Assembly: GCA_046861385.1 (NCBI GenBank)
Contig: JBHHTW010000011.1
Span: 1 to 60,569 of the forward strand
DNA: 60,569 nucleotides
From: Fidelibacterota bacterium
GTDB taxonomy: Bacteria; Fidelibacterota; Marinisomatia; Marinisomatales; TCS55
Reading direction: 5' to 3'
Position numbers and translations under genes: made by a program. The notes below the pieces were generated by a model. That model saw nothing but the letters and a program-made list of their open reading frames with translations. It did no database searches and was not told the DNA's origin. Shown piece after piece: positions 58,438-60,569 of this stretch (position 1 is its first letter; the number at the start of each line of letters is the position of its first letter).

Positions 58438-60348
58438 TCAGGCTTGACCTTTGATTGAAACTACATCTAAATCCAGTTTTTTACCTAATGCAAAATAATC
58501 TTGCGGTGTATAATCCGGGACTAATAACTGTAATTTTTGTTTGATCGCATCCGATTCATAGGTTTCTGCAATTTTGATTAACGAGAGAATATCTTTTTTA
58601 AAGTATTCCCATTCAGGGTGGTTGTTTTGATCTTTAAGGACCATAATTTTTTTATGGGCTGTATGCTGAATTCTTTCTTCCTTCGCCACTAATTCTTCAT
58701 ATAGTTTTTCCCCGGGTCGGAGTCCTGTATACACAATGGAGATATCTTTTTCAGGTTCGAAGCCGGACAATCTAATCAAATCGTATGCCATATCTTTAAT
58801 CCGAATGGGTGTCCCCATGTCCAAAACCAATATACGGCCTTTTTTCCCCATGGTTCCTGCTTGGAAAATAAGCTGTGACGCTTCTGATACAGACATAAAA
58901 TATCGATACATTTCCGGGTGAGTAATTGTTATGGGTCCCCGATGTTTTATTTGTTTTTGAAATGTTGGAATCACGCTTCCGGAACTTCCTATCACGTTTC
59001 CAAATCTCACCGCTATCATTTTTGTTTGGCTAATTTTGTCTACAGAGAGTACAATTTTTTCTGCTAATCGTTTTGTTGCTCCCATAATATTTACGGGAGA
59101 CACAGCTTTGTCAGTGGAGACCAAAACAAATTTATCTACATGATATCTGGTAGACAATTCAGCCATAATCATGGTACCCAGAACATTCGTATTGACAGCG
59201 GCCCATGGATGCAATTCCTGCATGGGTACATGTTTATATGCTGCGGCATGGAACACAATTTGAGGGCGATATTCCTTAAACACGACATTCATTTGTTTTT
59301 CGTCTCGTACATTTGCAAGAATCGCCTTCGTAAGCGTTTTACCTTTCATTTCATTACAATCCTGCTCTATCGAAAATAGGTTCTGTTCACTATTATCAAT
59401 CATAATAAGAGAGCCGGGATCGTATTGAAGGCATTGCCGAACTAACTCAGAGCCAATGGATCCACCTGCACCTGTAACCAAAATTCGTTTATCACCCATA
59501 AAGTTTTTAATCGATTCCTTATCCAGCTGGACTTCTTCCCGTCCGAGTAAATCCAGGATTGAAACTTCTCGAATGTCCTTGATTGAAACTTGATTATTCA
59601 TAAGTTCCGAAAAGCTGGGGATTGTTCGAAAACGCTTACCTGTTTTTTCACATAGTTCAACTATTTGACGCATTTGCTCAGAGGTTGAAGACGGAGCCGT
59701 AATCAGTATTTCATCATAGGGGACCGAGATGCCTGCCAATTCGCGCATTGACCCTAATATGGGAATTCCGTGTATACTTGCCCCTAGTTTATGTACATCA
59801 TCTTCCAGAAATCCGATAATCTCAAAGTCTGACGGATAGGTTGCTAATATTTCTCTGGCAATTTTTTCGCCCGTATTCCCTGCGCCTAGTAATATTAATC
59901 TGGTTTTCTTTTTATGATTACTAATCGGGTTATTTTGAAAAGCAGAATAATAAAAGCGGACACTAACTCTCACAAAACCAACGAGTATGGAAGAAAGCAA
60001 ATAATCTATCACAAAAATAGATCGATTCAATCCTTCGAATTCCAGGGATAAACTATAGAAAACTATGATAACCAGAGACGCCGTAGTAGACGCTTTCAAT
60101 ACTTTAACACCGTCCCAGATAGATGTATAGCGATAAATACCACGATATAATCCAAAAGCACGAAAAATCAATAATTTTAACGGGATGATAAATAGCAGCG
60201 ATGTACCTATATTGCTCCAATATTGCGAGGGTAAACGAAAATCAAAGCGGAGCCAGTAAGCCAGCAACAAACTAAAAATAATTGCTACCCCATCCGCCAG
60301 TACGATAAAGTACATGCTTATGTTATTAAATCGCCCTCTATACATCAA
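58438..60348 (-). CDS. Membrane-bound UDP-sugar 4,6-dehydratase (CapD/PglF/WbpM family)
   Basis: 4 N-terminal TMs, DLLGRE, VTGAGGSIGSEL, HAAAYKHVP, STDKAV, MGATK, RFGNVIGSSGSV and GLRPGEKLYEE. Confidence 0.95.
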   Translation of the reverse strand: MMYRGRFNNISMYFIVLADGVAIIFSLLLAYWLRFDFRLPSQYWSNIGTSLLFIIPLKLLIFRAFGLYRGIYRYTSIWDGVKVLKASTTASLVIIVFYSLSLEFEGLNRSIFVIDYLLSSILVGFVRVSVRFYYSAFQNNPISNHKKKTRLILLGAGNTGEKIAREILATYPSDFEIIGFLEDDVHKLGASIHGIPILGSMRELAGISVPYDEILITAPSSTSEQMRQIVELCEKTGKRFRTIPSFSELMNNQVSIKDIREVSILDLLGREEVQLDKESIKNFMGDKRILVTGAGGSIGSELVRQCLQYDPGSLIMIDNSEQNLFSIEQDCNEMKGKTLTKAILANVRDEKQMNVVFKEYRPQIVFHAAAYKHVPMQELHPWAAVNTNVLGTMIMAELSTRYHVDKFVLVSTDKAVSPVNIMGATKRLAEKIVLSVDKISQTKMIAVRFGNVIGSSGSVIPTFQKQIKHRGPITITHPEMYRYFMSVSEASQLIFQAGTMGKKGRILVLDMGTPIRIKDMAYDLIRLSGFEPEKDISIVYTGLRPGEKLYEELVAKEERIQHTAHKKIMVLKDQNNHPEWEYFKKDILSLIKIAETYESDAIKQKLQLLVPDYTPQDYFALGKKLDLDVVSIKGQA

Positions 60349-60569
60349 TTACTTATCCATCTTTTCTGTTGAAAGTTATATATCCAATAGATAAAATGCA
60401 AAATGTATATTTAGTTACTATCGAGCCCGTGTGATTCAACTCACAGAATCCCTGATACAATTTTGGCGATCCACATGGAAGCCTTGTTTCTGCCATAAAA
60501 CCACAGTTGAACGAGAAAATGCATTAAATGAAGTCATTGATATTACACCTCATAAATTCATCAGGAGTA

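Noticed and set aside
808-59379. Numerous 60-144 aa ORFs antisense or out-of-frame within housekeeping genes
   Set aside because: They are fully nested in well-supported CDSs and lack motifs, so they are shadow ORFs.
60429-60569. Open plus-strand frame running off the window end (VIQLTESLIQFW...)
   Set aside because: Short, truncated, with no recognisable motif or RBS.

Overview
About 60.6 kb of AT-rich bacterial chromosome, densely coding and mostly on the minus strand. The gene content is FCB-group-like: a short Bacteroidota-type primary sigma factor, DUF2723, DUF4159/DUF4175, and the misnamed 'asparagine synthetase B' protein. My best guess is Marinisomatota/Marinimicrobia, which is inference only. 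Housekeeping genes include recG, valS, rlmD, rpsU, sigA, rsmA, tatD, metG, holB, mazG, ybeY, fabH, recJ and the RNase P RNA (rnpB). There is a deoxyribonucleoside catabolism cluster (phosphomutase-deoC-split ALDH16-like pair-PNP), two stand-alone cNMP-binding proteins each coupled to a membrane transporter, a secreted DUF4159-DUF4175-TPR-GATase-like operon, a fused sat-cysC, and the start of a surface-polysaccharide locus. The most unusual signal is non-coding. A 160-bp palindromic MITE-like element occurs twice (121/160 identical by hand count, no indels), and both copies are stop-free on both strands in the same symmetric frame. One copy supplies the first ~65 codons of the envC-like ORF and carries a nested 33-bp mini-palindrome. 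Related short palindromes sit in-frame in a DUF1844 gene, and a shared palindrome motif forms three helices of the RNase P RNA. No CRISPR, tRNA, rRNA or transposase was seen. All family calls are from recalled motifs, not database searches.
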